From the NCBI GenBank assembly GCA_028826165.1, contig JAPDFW010000071.1:186001-250000 (forward strand): DNA of 64,000 nucleotides, read 5' to 3'. The notes under the pieces are model-generated. The model was not told the DNA's origin and ran no database searches. It was given only the letters and a program-made list of their open reading frames with translations. Shown piece by piece: positions 49,349-62,500 of this stretch. Each line of letters starts with the position of its first letter. The first letter of the stretch is position 1. The position numbers and the translations under genes were made by a program. Source of the stretch: Anaeramoeba ignava BMAN (lineage: Eukaryota; Protista; Anaeramoebae).

Positions 49349-50988
49349 TTATTTAAACATCCTCACTATTTCAATAAACATTAAATAATCACCAATGATA
49401 ATCAACAGATAAATCAAACTAAATGAGACAATAAAATGAGTTTTAATCTCAGAAAAAATAATGAATAGAATTTCTTGAGCAAGCAATATTCCTGAAATTA
49501 CAAAAGAAGCATAAGTAATTTGTCTGTTTTTCAAAGATAAACTCCAGAAAGAAACAAAGTTCAACAAAATCAACGGAATAAAAACAACAAAATAATGCCA
49601 ATTAGTTGTTCCTTCAATTCTCAAAGAAAGAAAAATAACAAACAAAGCCCAACAAACAGAAGCAAATAGAAAACAGTGAGAAACAAATGAGAGAATTGGA
49701 TTTCGATAATAATGAAGAAAAACACTTGCTAGATACAAAGGAATGCACATTATTAATGAAGGAACAAGCACAGCAATCCAAGACCAATCAATAAACCCAT
49801 CTACTCTCAATCCTATCAGCAAAATCTGAATCCAAACTAAAACTATCAGTGAAATCACTATTCTTGGGTTGGATTCACTTCTTTTCCCAGAATAAGAAAT
49901 CAGTCGCTCAAATTCTTTTCTTTGGGTGAAGAACTCGAATATGAACAAAATCATCAATCCAAACAAGGGGAGAAGAAGCGGTATGCTCAGCAATGTGACT
50001 TTGGTATCTGTTTTGCATTCAACTTTGATTGAAAGGAGAATGAAATGAATCGTTAATCCAAGTGCAATAAACAATCCCGATATTGCATACCAATAGTGGT
50101 TGTTTTGATTACTATATCGTTCATTTTGAGCAAATAGATATTTCTCTGATTTGAATTCCATAATTTCTTTTTCTTTTTGGTTTCTCTTTCGAATTCTTTC
50201 TTGCATTGATTTTTTGTTCTTTTTTATCAATTCACGAATTTTTCTTGCTTTGTCAATCATTTCTTCTTTGGGGTTTTCCAACAAATGAATATATTGGATT
50301 CTTTGCTTGTTTGTTGATATTTTGACTGGAATTATAATTTCGTTTTCATCTCGAGTTATTGATTCATCCCATTGGTTGTTATTGAAGTGTTTTTTCATAA
50401 TTTTTTCCTTTTTTTCTTTTTGTTTCTTGAAATATTTGTGACTCAAATTCGGGAAATTTGGGTCTTGTTTTTGCATTAAAAGTTTTTGGATCTCTTGTTT
50501 GATTAATGTTTGGAATCCAACCACTTCATTTTGTTGTGTTTGGTGGTTAAACATTGTTTCAAAATGATCAGAAATGAAATATTTTTGATGGTTTTGGGCA
50601 ATTTTTCTCCAAGTTTGTTGATCTTCTGAAAGTTGTTTGAAACTATAACAAGTTGACCCCAATCTAATAAAATCACCAGGAGATAAATATTGACAAATTT
50701 CTAACAAAACTATTTATTATTTATATTTTTTAATTTGATTTTTAATTTGATTTTTAATTTGATTTTTAATTTGATTTTATTTTACTTTCTTGAGGAAGTT
50801 TGTTTAAAATTAAATTTGGTTTTTGGTGTTCGGATTAAATTATTTGAAGGTTTAATGAAATTCCCTCTTTTTAATAATTCGTAACTTTCTTCAGGAAATA
50901 ATACAACTCCTTTGTTTTTAAAGATATCTAATTCAATCGAAAAAGAATAATTTGTTTGTTTTGTAAATGTTGAATATGTATTCGTCAT
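49349..50988 (-). CDS. F-box protein fused to a multi-pass membrane domain (TMEM185/TMEM60-like)
   Basis: Intron 50785-50710 restores the F-box KLPQE|ILLEICQYLSPGDFIRLGSTC. Repeated LRVDGFIDWSWIAVLVP / LRIEGTTNWHYFVVFIP membrane motifs. A 1-nt shift near 50805 is needed to link to the ATG at 50988. Confidence 0.75.
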
Positions 50989-51070
50989 TTTAAAAAGAAA
51001 AAAAAAATGAAAGAAAAAAAAAGATAATTTTTTTATTAATTTTTTCTTTTCCAAATATTAAAAAACATTA

Positions 51071-52850
51071 AATTTAAATTTAAATCTAAATCTAAATCTA
51101 AATCTAAATCTAAATTTGAATCTAAATCTAAATCTAAATCTAAATCTAAATCTAAATCTAAATCCAAATCTAAATCTTTTCTTTCAATTTAAATATAAAT
51201 CTTTTCCTTCAATTTATTTATAAATATTTTCCTTCAATTTATTTATAAATCTTTTCTTTCAATTTAGATATAAATCTTTTTCTTCAATTTAGATATAAAT
51301 CTTTTCCTTCAATTTATTTAAATTTTCTTTTAATTTAAATATAAATCTTTTCTTTCAATTTAGATATAAATCTTTTCTTTCAATTTAAATATAAATCTTT
51401 TCTTTCAATTTAAATATAAATCTTTTCTTTTAATTTAAATATAAATCTTTTCTTTTAATTTAAATATAAATCTTTTTCTTTCAATTTATTTATAAATCTT
51501 TTCTTTTAATTTATTTATAAATCTTTTCCTTCAATTTAAATATAAATCTTTTCCTTCAATTTAAATATAAATCTTTTCTTTCAATTTAAATATAAATCTT
51601 TTCCTTTCAATTTAAATATAAATCTTTTCTTTCAATTTAAATATAAATCTTTTCTTTCAATTTATTTATAAATCTTTTTCTTTAATTTATTTATAAATCT
51701 TTTTCTTCAATTTAAATATAAATCTTTTCTTTTAATTTAAATATAAATCTTTTCTTCAATTTAGATATAAATCTTTTCTTTTAATTTATTTAAATTTTCT
51801 TTCAATTTAAATATAAATCTTTTTCTTTCAATTTAGATATAAATCTTTTTCTTTTAATTTAAATATAAATCTTTTTCTTCAATTTAAATATAAATATTCT
51901 TTCATTTTATTTAAATATTCTTTCAATTTAGATATAAATCTTTTTCTTTCAATTTAAATATAAATCTTTTTCTTTAATTTAAATATAAATCTTTTCTTTT
52001 AATTTATTTAAATATTCTTTCAATTTAGATATAAATCTTTTTCTTTCAATTTAAATATAAATCTTTTTCTTTTAATTTAAATATAAATCTTTTCCTTCAA
52101 TTTAGATATAAATCTTTTCTTTTAATTTATTTATAAATTTTTTCCTTCAATTTAGATATAAATCTTTTCTTTTAATTTAAATATAAATTTTTTCCTTCAA
52201 TTTAGATATAAATCTTTTTCTTCAATTTATTTAAATATTCTTTCAATTTAGATATAAATCTTTTCTTTAATTTATTTAAATTTAAATCTTTTTCTTCAAT
52301 TTAGATATAAATCTATTCCTTCAATTTATTTAAATTTTCCTTCAATTTAGATATAAATCTTTTCTTTCAATTTATTTAAATATTCTTTCAATTTAGATAT
52401 AAATCTTTTCCTTTCAATTTAAATATAAATCTTTTCCTTTCAATTTAAATATAAATATTCTTTCAATTTAGATATAAATCTTTTCCTTTAATTTAAATAT
52501 AAATCTTTTCCTTTAATTTAGATATAAATCTTTTCTTTCAATTTATTTAAATTTTCTTTCATTTAATTTAAATATAAATCTTTTCTTTCAATTTATTTAA
52601 ATATTCTTTTAATTTAGATATAAATCTTCTCTTCAATTTATATATAAATATTTTCCTTTAAATTTAAATATAAATCTTTCCTTTAAATTTAAATATAAAT
52701 CTTTCCTTCAATTTAAATATAAATCTATTCTTTAATTTATTTATAAATCTTTTTCTTCAATTTAAATATAAATCTTTTCTTTCAATTTATTTAAATATTC
52801 TTTCAATTTAAATATAAATCTATTCTTTAATTTATTTAAATTTTCTTTAA
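51071..52850. repeat. Intergenic satellite: (AAATCT)n followed by ~25-bp units (CAATTTAAATATAAATCTTTTCTTT)
   Basis: Degenerate tandem units of about 24-26 bp over ~1.7 kb between divergent genes. Confidence 0.92.
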
Positions 52851-52955
52851 ATTCATTTTGAAATTGTTAAATTTATTTTGTAAAAAAAAATGAAAATGAA
52901 AAAAATGAAAAATTTATTTTTTCTCATTTTTCCATTTTTGTTATTTCAAAAATTA

Positions 52956-53334
52956 ATGAATTGGACAAAAGAAGAAGAAGACATATTTATGGAAAAGTAA
53001 AATTAATTCGAAAATAAATAATTCAAAATATAAATTAAAATCCTTTTCCTTTTAAATAAAAAGAATTTTGATCTATTATAAAAATTTTTCAAAAATTGCA
53101 TCATTTCTTCCAGAAAAAACATCAAAAGATGTAGTTGCATATTATTATCTTAACAAAAAAAAGCTTAATTTGAAAGAAAAAGTTAAATCAAAAGCACCTT
53201 ATTTACTTAAAGCAAAAACAAAAATTACTCAAGAAGGTCCTCCTCATCCTCAACAAAGAAAAAAAATTCCAGAAGATGAAAAAGAAATTAAACCAAAGAA
53301 ATCACGAAAAAGAAATTTACACGATCAGAACTGA
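52956..53334 (+). CDS. Small (~103 aa) SANT/Myb-domain protein of the NCoR/SMRT/Snt1 SANT1 type (exons 52956-52996, 53064-53334)
   Basis: Spliced product MNWTKEEEDIFMEKILIYYKNFSKIASFLPEKTSKDVVAYYYLNKK, followed by a basic tail. Confidence 0.8.
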
Positions 53335-53528
53335 AAAGTTAAGAGATAATCTTTTCTATTCTTCTTCTTCTTCTTCTTCTTCTTTAAAAATTTTGGATAT
53401 AATCAGAATAAAAATCATTTTAAAAGAAAACAAAAGAAAGATTTACTTTTTTTTTTTGTTATTATTTTAGAAAATTAAAATCAAAAATTAAAATTCATTT
53501 TTTTTTTTTGAAAATTTTTTAATTTTAA

Positions 53529-56500
53529 ATGCTCAAATTAATAATCACTTCCATTTTAAATAAATACTTAAAACAATACATTCGATTAAATCGTGATCAA
53601 CTTAAAATTAAATATCTGCAAGGAGATGTCTCTTTACAAAATATAGAAATTAAAAAAAATGCTTTGGATTTTTTAAGCTTACCTTTGGAAATTAAAAATG
53701 GGTTTGTTGGCTCTCTGCATGCTTGCTTTCCTTGGAATAATCTCAATTCAGAACAAACAATAATAGAACTTAAAAAAGTTTATATTATTGGAAAACCAAA
53801 ACAAAATTTCCAAATAAAGCTAAAAGATCCAAAAAAAATTCAAATGAAAAAGAATCAAAAACTGGCAAATTGGGACAAGGAAAAAGAAACAAAAATTAAA
53901 CAAGAAAAAAAAAATCAGAAATTGGAAGAAAAAGAAAAAAGAAAACAAAATAAAAATAAAAATAACAAAAATAAAAATAAAAATAAAAATAACCGAAAAG
54001 AAAAATTAAGTGCACTTGCAAAAGTAAATCGGAATATCAGAGTTTCCATTGTTGATTTCTATCTCGGTTATGAAGGTGAATTGAATGGAATAAACTTTTC
54101 ATTTGGAATGCAATTTGATGAACTTACTGCAGAATCTGCAGATTTAGATTGGAATCCTCAATTAATTACTAAAGAAACAGAATTTATTAACAAAATCATT
54201 CATTTCAAGCAATTCTCCATTTTTTGTGATTTATTGCCTCAAAATCAACAAACCCATTTATTCAATTCCCAAAATTTTCTTCAATCAATAGAAGAACGTA
54301 AAAAAAGAAATCATCAATACATCATCAAAAAAATGGATCTTTCTGTTAAGTTGCATTACAAATTAGATGAATATCCCGTTTTATTAACAAAGAAACAACC
54401 CAAATATACATTTAATGTTGATCTCGCAGATTTGATAATAAATATCAACAAAATACAATTGAATCTCTTTCTCCAAATTTACGATTTGACATTACGTTTG
54501 TGGAAAAAAGAAAAATACAAAGATATTCCTATCCCTTCAAAAAAACCCATTGCTTCAAATAATGATATTTCCAAAAATTGGTGGAAATATATTTTCGATT
54601 GTGCAAAAAGAAACTTACCCCAATATAAAACAGGTGGAAATGCTCATCAATTTTTCCAGAAATTAAAGGACCAAAGAGAATACATAAGTTTATATAAGGA
54701 AAAGCTTAAACTTTCAAAGAAAAAATGGAGAAAAAGTGAAAGCTCAAAAAAAATCCGAATTTTAGAAGAAAAATTAAGTTATGAATTGATTATATTGTAA
54801 ATTTAATCTAATTTAATCTAATTTCATTTAATTTAATCTAATTTAATTTAATCTAATTTTAAAAGGTTTCGATTTCTTGCTGAAGTATTCTTTCATTTTG
54901 GAATTCTTTTGAAAATAATCTTTATTTATTTATTTTTATTTATTTTTATTTATTTTCAGTCAAATTCAAATTCAAATTCAGATTCAAATTCAGATTCAAA
55001 TTCCGAATCAAACTTAAAAGATTATTCTTTAGTTGAATCTATTCAAGATTATCGAAAAACAATGAAAATTCAACAAAAAGAATTACCGGAAGATGTTTGA
55101 TATTATATATTTTATTTATATATTTATTAAATCCATAAATTTTTAACCTATTGTTTATTTTTAAAGTATGAATATTCAATTAGTAAAATCAGTTTAGGAA
55201 ATCTTCAAATTCTCTTGATAAATCAAGAAACCAACTCAAAAAAAGTTCAAAATTTAATTTCTCTTCAAATTCAATCCTTTTCATCTGAAATTCTGTTTCG
55301 ATCAAGATCAAATACTTCCACTTTAATGATTCAATCAATAAGAATTCTTGACCTTTTCACTAAAAATACCTTATATAAAGAAATCATTTATCCCAAAATG
55401 AATAATTCAACAGATAAATTAATCACTTTGGTGTTCAAAACATACATACCAGAAGCTGAACCTTTTTATTCAATTTCGATTGATTCTAATCCTTTAGTAG
55501 CAATTTATAATCCACTTTTGTTTTCACAAATTTGTAAATCAAGATCAATTTCATTTCAAAATAATAAATAATAAATAACAATAACAATAACAAATAAAAA
55601 ATTCTTTAATTAGTAAACTTTTTCACATTTATTGATGAATCTGTAATTTTAAGAAGTTTGCAAAAGCAAAGCCTTAGAAAAAATCCATAAAATTAAAAAA
55701 TCAACTCAAAAAAAAATGAAATTTAAATTTCAAAAACAAAATCCATTAACTTTAGATATGAAAATCCAAGTAAATACAAAAAAAGAAAAAGAAAAAGATT
55801 AATTATTTAATTTAATTAAAACTACTTTTAAAAAAAAAAAATAACCGAAGGCTCCAATTATTCAAGTTCCAGAATTTTTCCACAAACCAGGAAATTCTCT
55901 TATTCTTAATTTTGGACAATTATATCTTCGAAATAATTCAAAAGATAATTCCTTGGATTCCACAAATTCTTTTGAATCAAAACCAACAAAATCATCATCA
56001 CAAATTTTCCTCAACTTAAAAAATGCTCATGCTCTCATTTTTGAAAATCAAGAACAAAAAATAAACTTTGAAGAAAAACAAAATCCTTCAAACTATATTT
56101 TGAATAAATTTAGCATAGATCTAATAATAAATATACCAGAAGATGAAGAAACCCAAACAAAGTAAATGAATTGATTTTGTTTAAAAAAAAAAACAACAAC
56201 AACATATTTATTCATTTATAAATTTTTTTTTCAATTATACGAAGATTATTTGGTAAAATTCCAGTTTTAGATTTGCATTTATCAACCTTGCAATATCCTA
56301 TTTTTATTCATTTAATTGGGCACATTTCAAAATCAATTCAATCAATCATCCAATCAAAAACAACTAAAATTCGACAAATCACGCATTCAAACAAGATTAA
56401 TTTCCAAAAAAAATTAAATATCGACAAAAAGAAATTGGATGAAATAGGATCATACATCGAAATTTTAAGTTTGGAATTTTTACTTCAAATTGCAAAACTC

Positions 56501-59500
56501 ACAATTAAAGATTCAGAAGAAAATCAAATTGCAAATATTCAATTCAACCAATCTTCCTTTCATTTCACAAAAAGACCCTATGATTCGCAATATACATTAC
56601 TAATTGAATCAATTTTTGCTCATGAATGCTCTTCAGAAAAACAAAAAGAAGAGCCTTTTCTTTTCACAAAGCTAAATGATAAAAGAAACCAAAAAAAGAA
56701 TATACAAAAATCCGTTATCAAACTTAGTGGAGCTCATCATAACCCCAAATCTCCATTTTATAAAGGAAAAAAATCACAAATTAGAATATTTTTCAGTGAA
56801 CTTGGTGGAATAATTCAACCTAATTTAATTGCTTCATTTATCAATTTTTTTAAATTAGGAGTAAATTCTGAAAATGATAATATCCAAAAAATTGAAAAAA
56901 ACAACAACAACAATTTAAAAGCAACAAACAAACCACAAGAAAAAAAATTGAAAAAGAAAATACATATTCTCAAAAGAGAATCAGAAAAAAATCCAGAGTA
57001 TTCATTAATGGAAGTCCTCCTAAAATTGCAAATTCGTGTGGAAAAAACTGAACTTACTCTTGTTAACGAAAAAAAAAATCTTTCTCGTTTATCAATGAAC
57101 CACACTGTTTTCCAACTTATTAATTATGAAAACCTTGATAAAATGTTTCATATACAAACAAAAAATGCAGAGATTTTTGAATTAATTAATGGGAATTCGC
57201 AGCTCATTTTCTTATTGGAAAACGAACCTTCTCAATTTACAATCCAGAAGAAAAATCAAATCCCACTGAAACTATTTCTCAATATCAACAATAGTTTGTT
57301 TATATTCTCTCATCAATTTGTTTCTGAAATTTTACGTTTAATCAAAGAAATTGCAATTTTTAAGCAAATCATTCATGATACAATCAAAAAATCCAAGCAA
57401 AAAATTGAAGATTTTGTAAAAGAAAAAAAAGTTATCAATCTCAATTTTACTTTTAATAACCCAAGAATATTAATTCCTCAATCAGATTCTGGGAATGAAG
57501 TAATAGCGTTATCGTTGGATCGTTTGAGACTTTTTAATAATATTAAAAGAGTTTCTATTTCTGAAAAGCAAAAGGCAGGATTTTCTTATTTTGGAGAAGA
57601 AGATTCTATTTTAATGGATGAGATTTCCATTTTTTCAGAATCTTTGAAAATTGGAACAGAATGTTTACAAAAAGGAGTGTTAAATTTATTCTCTGATAAA
57701 GAGGGAACATTACTTCATCCAGTAACAACAAAAATTATTGTTAATAGAGTTATTAATCATGAAATTCCTTGTTCTCCTTTGGTTGAAATTTCTTGCAAAG
57801 TATCTGATATTGTTGTAACATCAAATCAAAAACAGATTGGATTTTTTAAAACAACTTTGGTTAATTTATCTAATTTAATTACCATTTTGAAAGAAAATTT
57901 AAAGAATGAAGAAAATTTAAAGAATGAAGAAAATTTAAAGAATAATAAGAATTTAAAGAATAATAAGAATAATGAAAATATTGAAAATAATAAAAATATT
58001 GAAAATATTCAAAATAATGAAAATATTAAAGATATTGAAAATATTGAAAACAATGAAAATATTAAGAATAATGAAAATAATGAAAATAATGAAAATATTG
58101 AAAATATTAAAAATAATGAAAATATTAAAAATAATGAAAATATTAAAAATAATGAAAATATTAAAAATATTGAAAATATTGAAAACAATGAAAATATTAA
58201 AAATAATGAAAATATTAAGAATAATGAAAATAATGAAAATATTGAAAATATTAAAAATAATGAAAATATTAAAGATATTGAAAACAATCAAAATAATGAA
58301 AATATTGAAAATATTAAAAATATTAAAAATATTGAAAATATTAAAAATAATCAAAATATTAAAAATAATCAAAATAATGAAAATAATGAAAATAATGAAA
58401 ATATTAAGAATAATGAAAATAATGAAAATAATGAAAATATTCAAAATAATCAAAATAATGAAAATAATGAAAATATTGAAAATAATAAAAACAATGAAAA
58501 TATTGAAAATATTCAAAATAATAAAAATATTGAAAATATTAAAAATAATGAAAATATTGAAAATAATGAAAATAATGAAAATAATCAAAATGTAAAGAAT
58601 CCAACATATTTTCCATCCCGATTACTCTTGGTTTTTTTCGATATTGAAATTAAAAGAATTGAAATACAATTACTTAATACACATAAAGAAAAAAAAAGAT
58701 CAGGAAATAAATTCCTTCTTGGTATCGAAGGAGAAGAAGCAAAAATTATATTCTCTTTAAACAAAACTAATGAAAAAAAAATAGAAATAATAACAAAGGA
58801 TATTTCTTTTGTTGATGCAAGAACAACTTCCTCAACTTCAAATATGCACAAAATATTTTCTCCTTCTTCATTGAATTCAAATCATTTCATTATTCATTAC
58901 TTAATAGATGAAGAAAAAAATCAAGAACTTCAGATCATTATTCAATCTTCAAAAATATTGTTAATTTGGGATTTTTTCTTTGAAATTTACAAATTTATTA
59001 TTCCAGATATTTTTCAACCGCAACAAACTATTGGATATTTACCTGAATTGAAAATTATGGTTCAAGTTATGGGAGTTGAATTTGTTCTTCTTGGAAAAAG
59101 AAAAAAAGAAAAGGATTTGCTTGATTTAGTAACTGCAAAAATTGATACTTTATTTATGATTTATAATGATTTGAGAATCAAGAAAATTATTGATATGAAT
59201 ATTTCAAGAATAACAATATCATTGAAAAAAAAGAATTTATTAATAGAAAATTTGTCCGAAGAAGATTATTTAGTTGATTTAAATGACATACAATTGAAAA
59301 GTGATATTAATCTTGATATCGATTCACCTTCATTGTAAAAAAAAAACAAAAGCAACAAATTTAATTTTAATTTTTAATTTTAATTTTAATTTTAATTTAA
59401 TTTTAGAACAAATGTTATTTCAGTTCAAAAAATCGATTATTTGTTTTCTTATATCCAAATTCTCAAATTAAATGCTTTTATCAAAAATATTATTTCTGAA

Positions 59501-62500
59501 ATTAACTCTTTAATAAAAAAACTTCCAAAAAAAGCAATAGAAATTTCAAATCAAAATTCAAATTCAAATTGAAAATCAAAATCAAAATCAAAATCAAAAC
59601 CAAAAACTCAAAATCAAAATCAAAATCAAAATCAAAATCAAAATCAAAATCAAAATCAAAATCAAAATCAAATTCAAAATCAAAATCAAAATCAAAATCA
59701 AAATCAAAATCAAAATCAAATTGAAAATCAAAATCAAAATCAAAATCAAAATAAAAATAAAAATAAAAAAGAAGATGATGGATTTCTTTTAATTGATTTT
59801 GATGCTTTAGGAATCCCAAAAATCGAAAAGAAAGATTCACAACTACAACAAAGAATAGAAAATAAAAATAAACAGATTAATAAATTTACTGATTCAAGAA
59901 GTGATATTGCAAAGTTCAAAAATAATTTCAACATTACTTCCTTTGCAGAAGAAAAACTTATTCTCAAATTTAATCAAGTAAATTTAACACTTAAAGATGA
60001 TTGGGAAAAAACAATTCGTCCAATCTTAAATCTTGATATTTCAAAATTCGTTTTAAATGCTTCTGGATTGATTTCCAATATTTTAAACCAAAAGAAGAAT
60101 TTTTTGGAAGATTATGATCAAATTCCAAAAGAAAAAGATATAGATATAAATATAGATATAGAAAACAAACAAAATAGAAAAATTACATTCAACCAATTAT
60201 TAACAAAATCATTATTTGAGCCTATTCAAATCTCATTGGATTATATATTGCTTATGAATTATTTCAATTATCATAAGGTTCATTGGGAACCATTTATTGA
60301 AAAATGGAATTTTGAGATGAAAGGATATGAATATTTTCTTCAAACAGAAACCATATTTAATTTTGAATTTAATCTTCTTGATAGATTGAATATTAATATT
60401 ACAGAAGCGTTTTTCAATTCAATTACATTTACAGCAGATGAACTCATTTCAATTCGAAGATCAAGAGCAAGATCAAAGCCAAATCCAAAATCAAACATAT
60501 TATCGAAATCAGATTCCAAATTACAAACAAACTCAAAATTAAAAACAGATTCAAAATCTAAACGAAAAGCAAGAGCAAAATATTATCATTTCAATCCTTA
60601 TTGGATTGAGAATCAAACAGGAAAAACACTTTACTTTTCTTTATATCCAGATTTCAAAAACCCTTTTGTTATTCTTTCGAGAAATAGACAACCAATTTCT
60701 GAGAAATATGAAAACAAATTAAGCAAAGATGAAAGAAATCTAAAATACAAAAAGGAAGGAAATGCAATTCCAAGTGTTGCTTATATATCTTTCCAAAATG
60801 ATGGGGGAAGCAAACAAAAAATATCGCTAAATAACGCAGGATTTTATGATTTATTACTGAATAAAAACGAAAAGGAAAAGGAAAAGGAAAAGGGATTCTT
60901 TTATCAAGTCTTTAATGAGAAGGGAGAAATTAATATTTTAAAGTTGCGTTCAAATGTGATGATATCAAACAAAGCATCTTTGGAATTTTCAGTTGGAACA
61001 AGAAATAAATCAGGGTTGTGTGTTGTGATAGGCACTGTTAAGAATAACGAAGATCTGCCAATCCCACAAGAACTAATTGATGAGCAAAATGACTTCTCTC
61101 TGTCGGTTGTGTCAAAAAGAAAAAGCGAAGAGTTATGGTTTTCTTTTGCACACATAAAAACACAAAATGTGCCACTTATTTTTTCATTTCCAAAGAGCAA
61201 AAAGACATTTTCTGTTCGTTTCATTATTGAGGAAGTCAAAAAAGGAAACAGACTCAAGGAATCCTGCTATACATTTACAATTATTCCTTTGGCTTTTATC
61301 CACAATTTACTTCCTTTCACATTAAAAGCGACTTTTTCATCATCAAAAGAAATTCTGCCAGTCTCAAGTTATGAGAAGAAAGAAATCCAAATATTTAATT
61401 CACTACAAGAAAAAATGATGCTATCATTATTCTACAAAAGTAGGAAAAAATACACAACAAAATCTGAAATACTTCTTGATTTAAGCCCAAAAACACAGAA
61501 AAGTTTTGTTCAAAAATTACAAATTATAGACAAATGGGAAAACACAACAGAATTGAATATGGAAATTTCATTCACAAGCAATCTCATCTGCGAAATTGTC
61601 ATTTTCACAAGCAATTTATTGATAAATGATACAGGAAAAGATATTTTTTTCACAGTCGATGGGAAAGTGCTTCCAGGCCAAAATCAAGTGAAAGAAATTG
61701 AGAGAGCAAGAATAGAACAGGATGTGAGACAAAACGAGATGATCCCGATCATTTGCGAACAGAAATTCTTCACGATCCAAATGATGGAAGATGATCCAAG
61801 AAAGAAAAGAAAAGCGATGTTTTTGCCATCAATAAAGATTAGCACAGCAAATCCAATAGCCAAAAGATCCACTTTGGTTCCTTTTGAAGGCAAAACATTT
61901 TATGAGTTCGGGTTCTCTGTGCATCGAAGAAAGCAAGAACTGCATCGCACACAACTATTTGTTTTTACGCCGAGAATCATTATTTACAATCACTTGAAAA
62001 CTTCCATAAGAGTTTCGCAATTTTTAGAACATGAACAACAAAAATGCATCCTTAATATACCCAGCAGGGAATGGAAACCCTATAATTACTGGAGCTCAAA
62101 TAAAAGATTTAGGGCATTGTCTCTCATATTGGATGACGAAAATAGAGACGGTTCTTGGTTTACTTATTCTTGGTCTCAAGGATTTTTTGCAACCCAAATT
62201 GGAACGCATATTGTTTCTATTAAAGAATACAAAGTCTATAAAGAAAACCAAAAAGAAAATGACATCTCAAGAAAAAAGAGGATTAAAACAGAGCCCATTT
62301 CGGACAGAGAAGTGCACGTTTCTGTCGATATTAAGAAAAAGGAATCGACATTTTACTTGATATTGAAAATGATTCACGAGTTTGATTTCCCTTATATCAT
62401 CACAAATAACACTTCCCAGATGCTTCGGATTTCTCAGAGGAATTGCAAGCAAGAGAGGTTTATTCACCCGTTCACTTTTATTTACTACACATGGGAAAAT

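Noticed and set aside
781-59760. Recurrent frameshifts in long genes (~781, ~1722, ~9212, ~19868, ~20030, ~25284, ~26206, ~50805, ~55664, ~59550-59760) as programmed frameshifting or RNA editing
   Set aside because: They go in both directions, sit in or next to homopolymers, and share no slippery motif. Sister repeat copies lack them. Long-read consensus error is the simplest explanation; read polishing would settle it.
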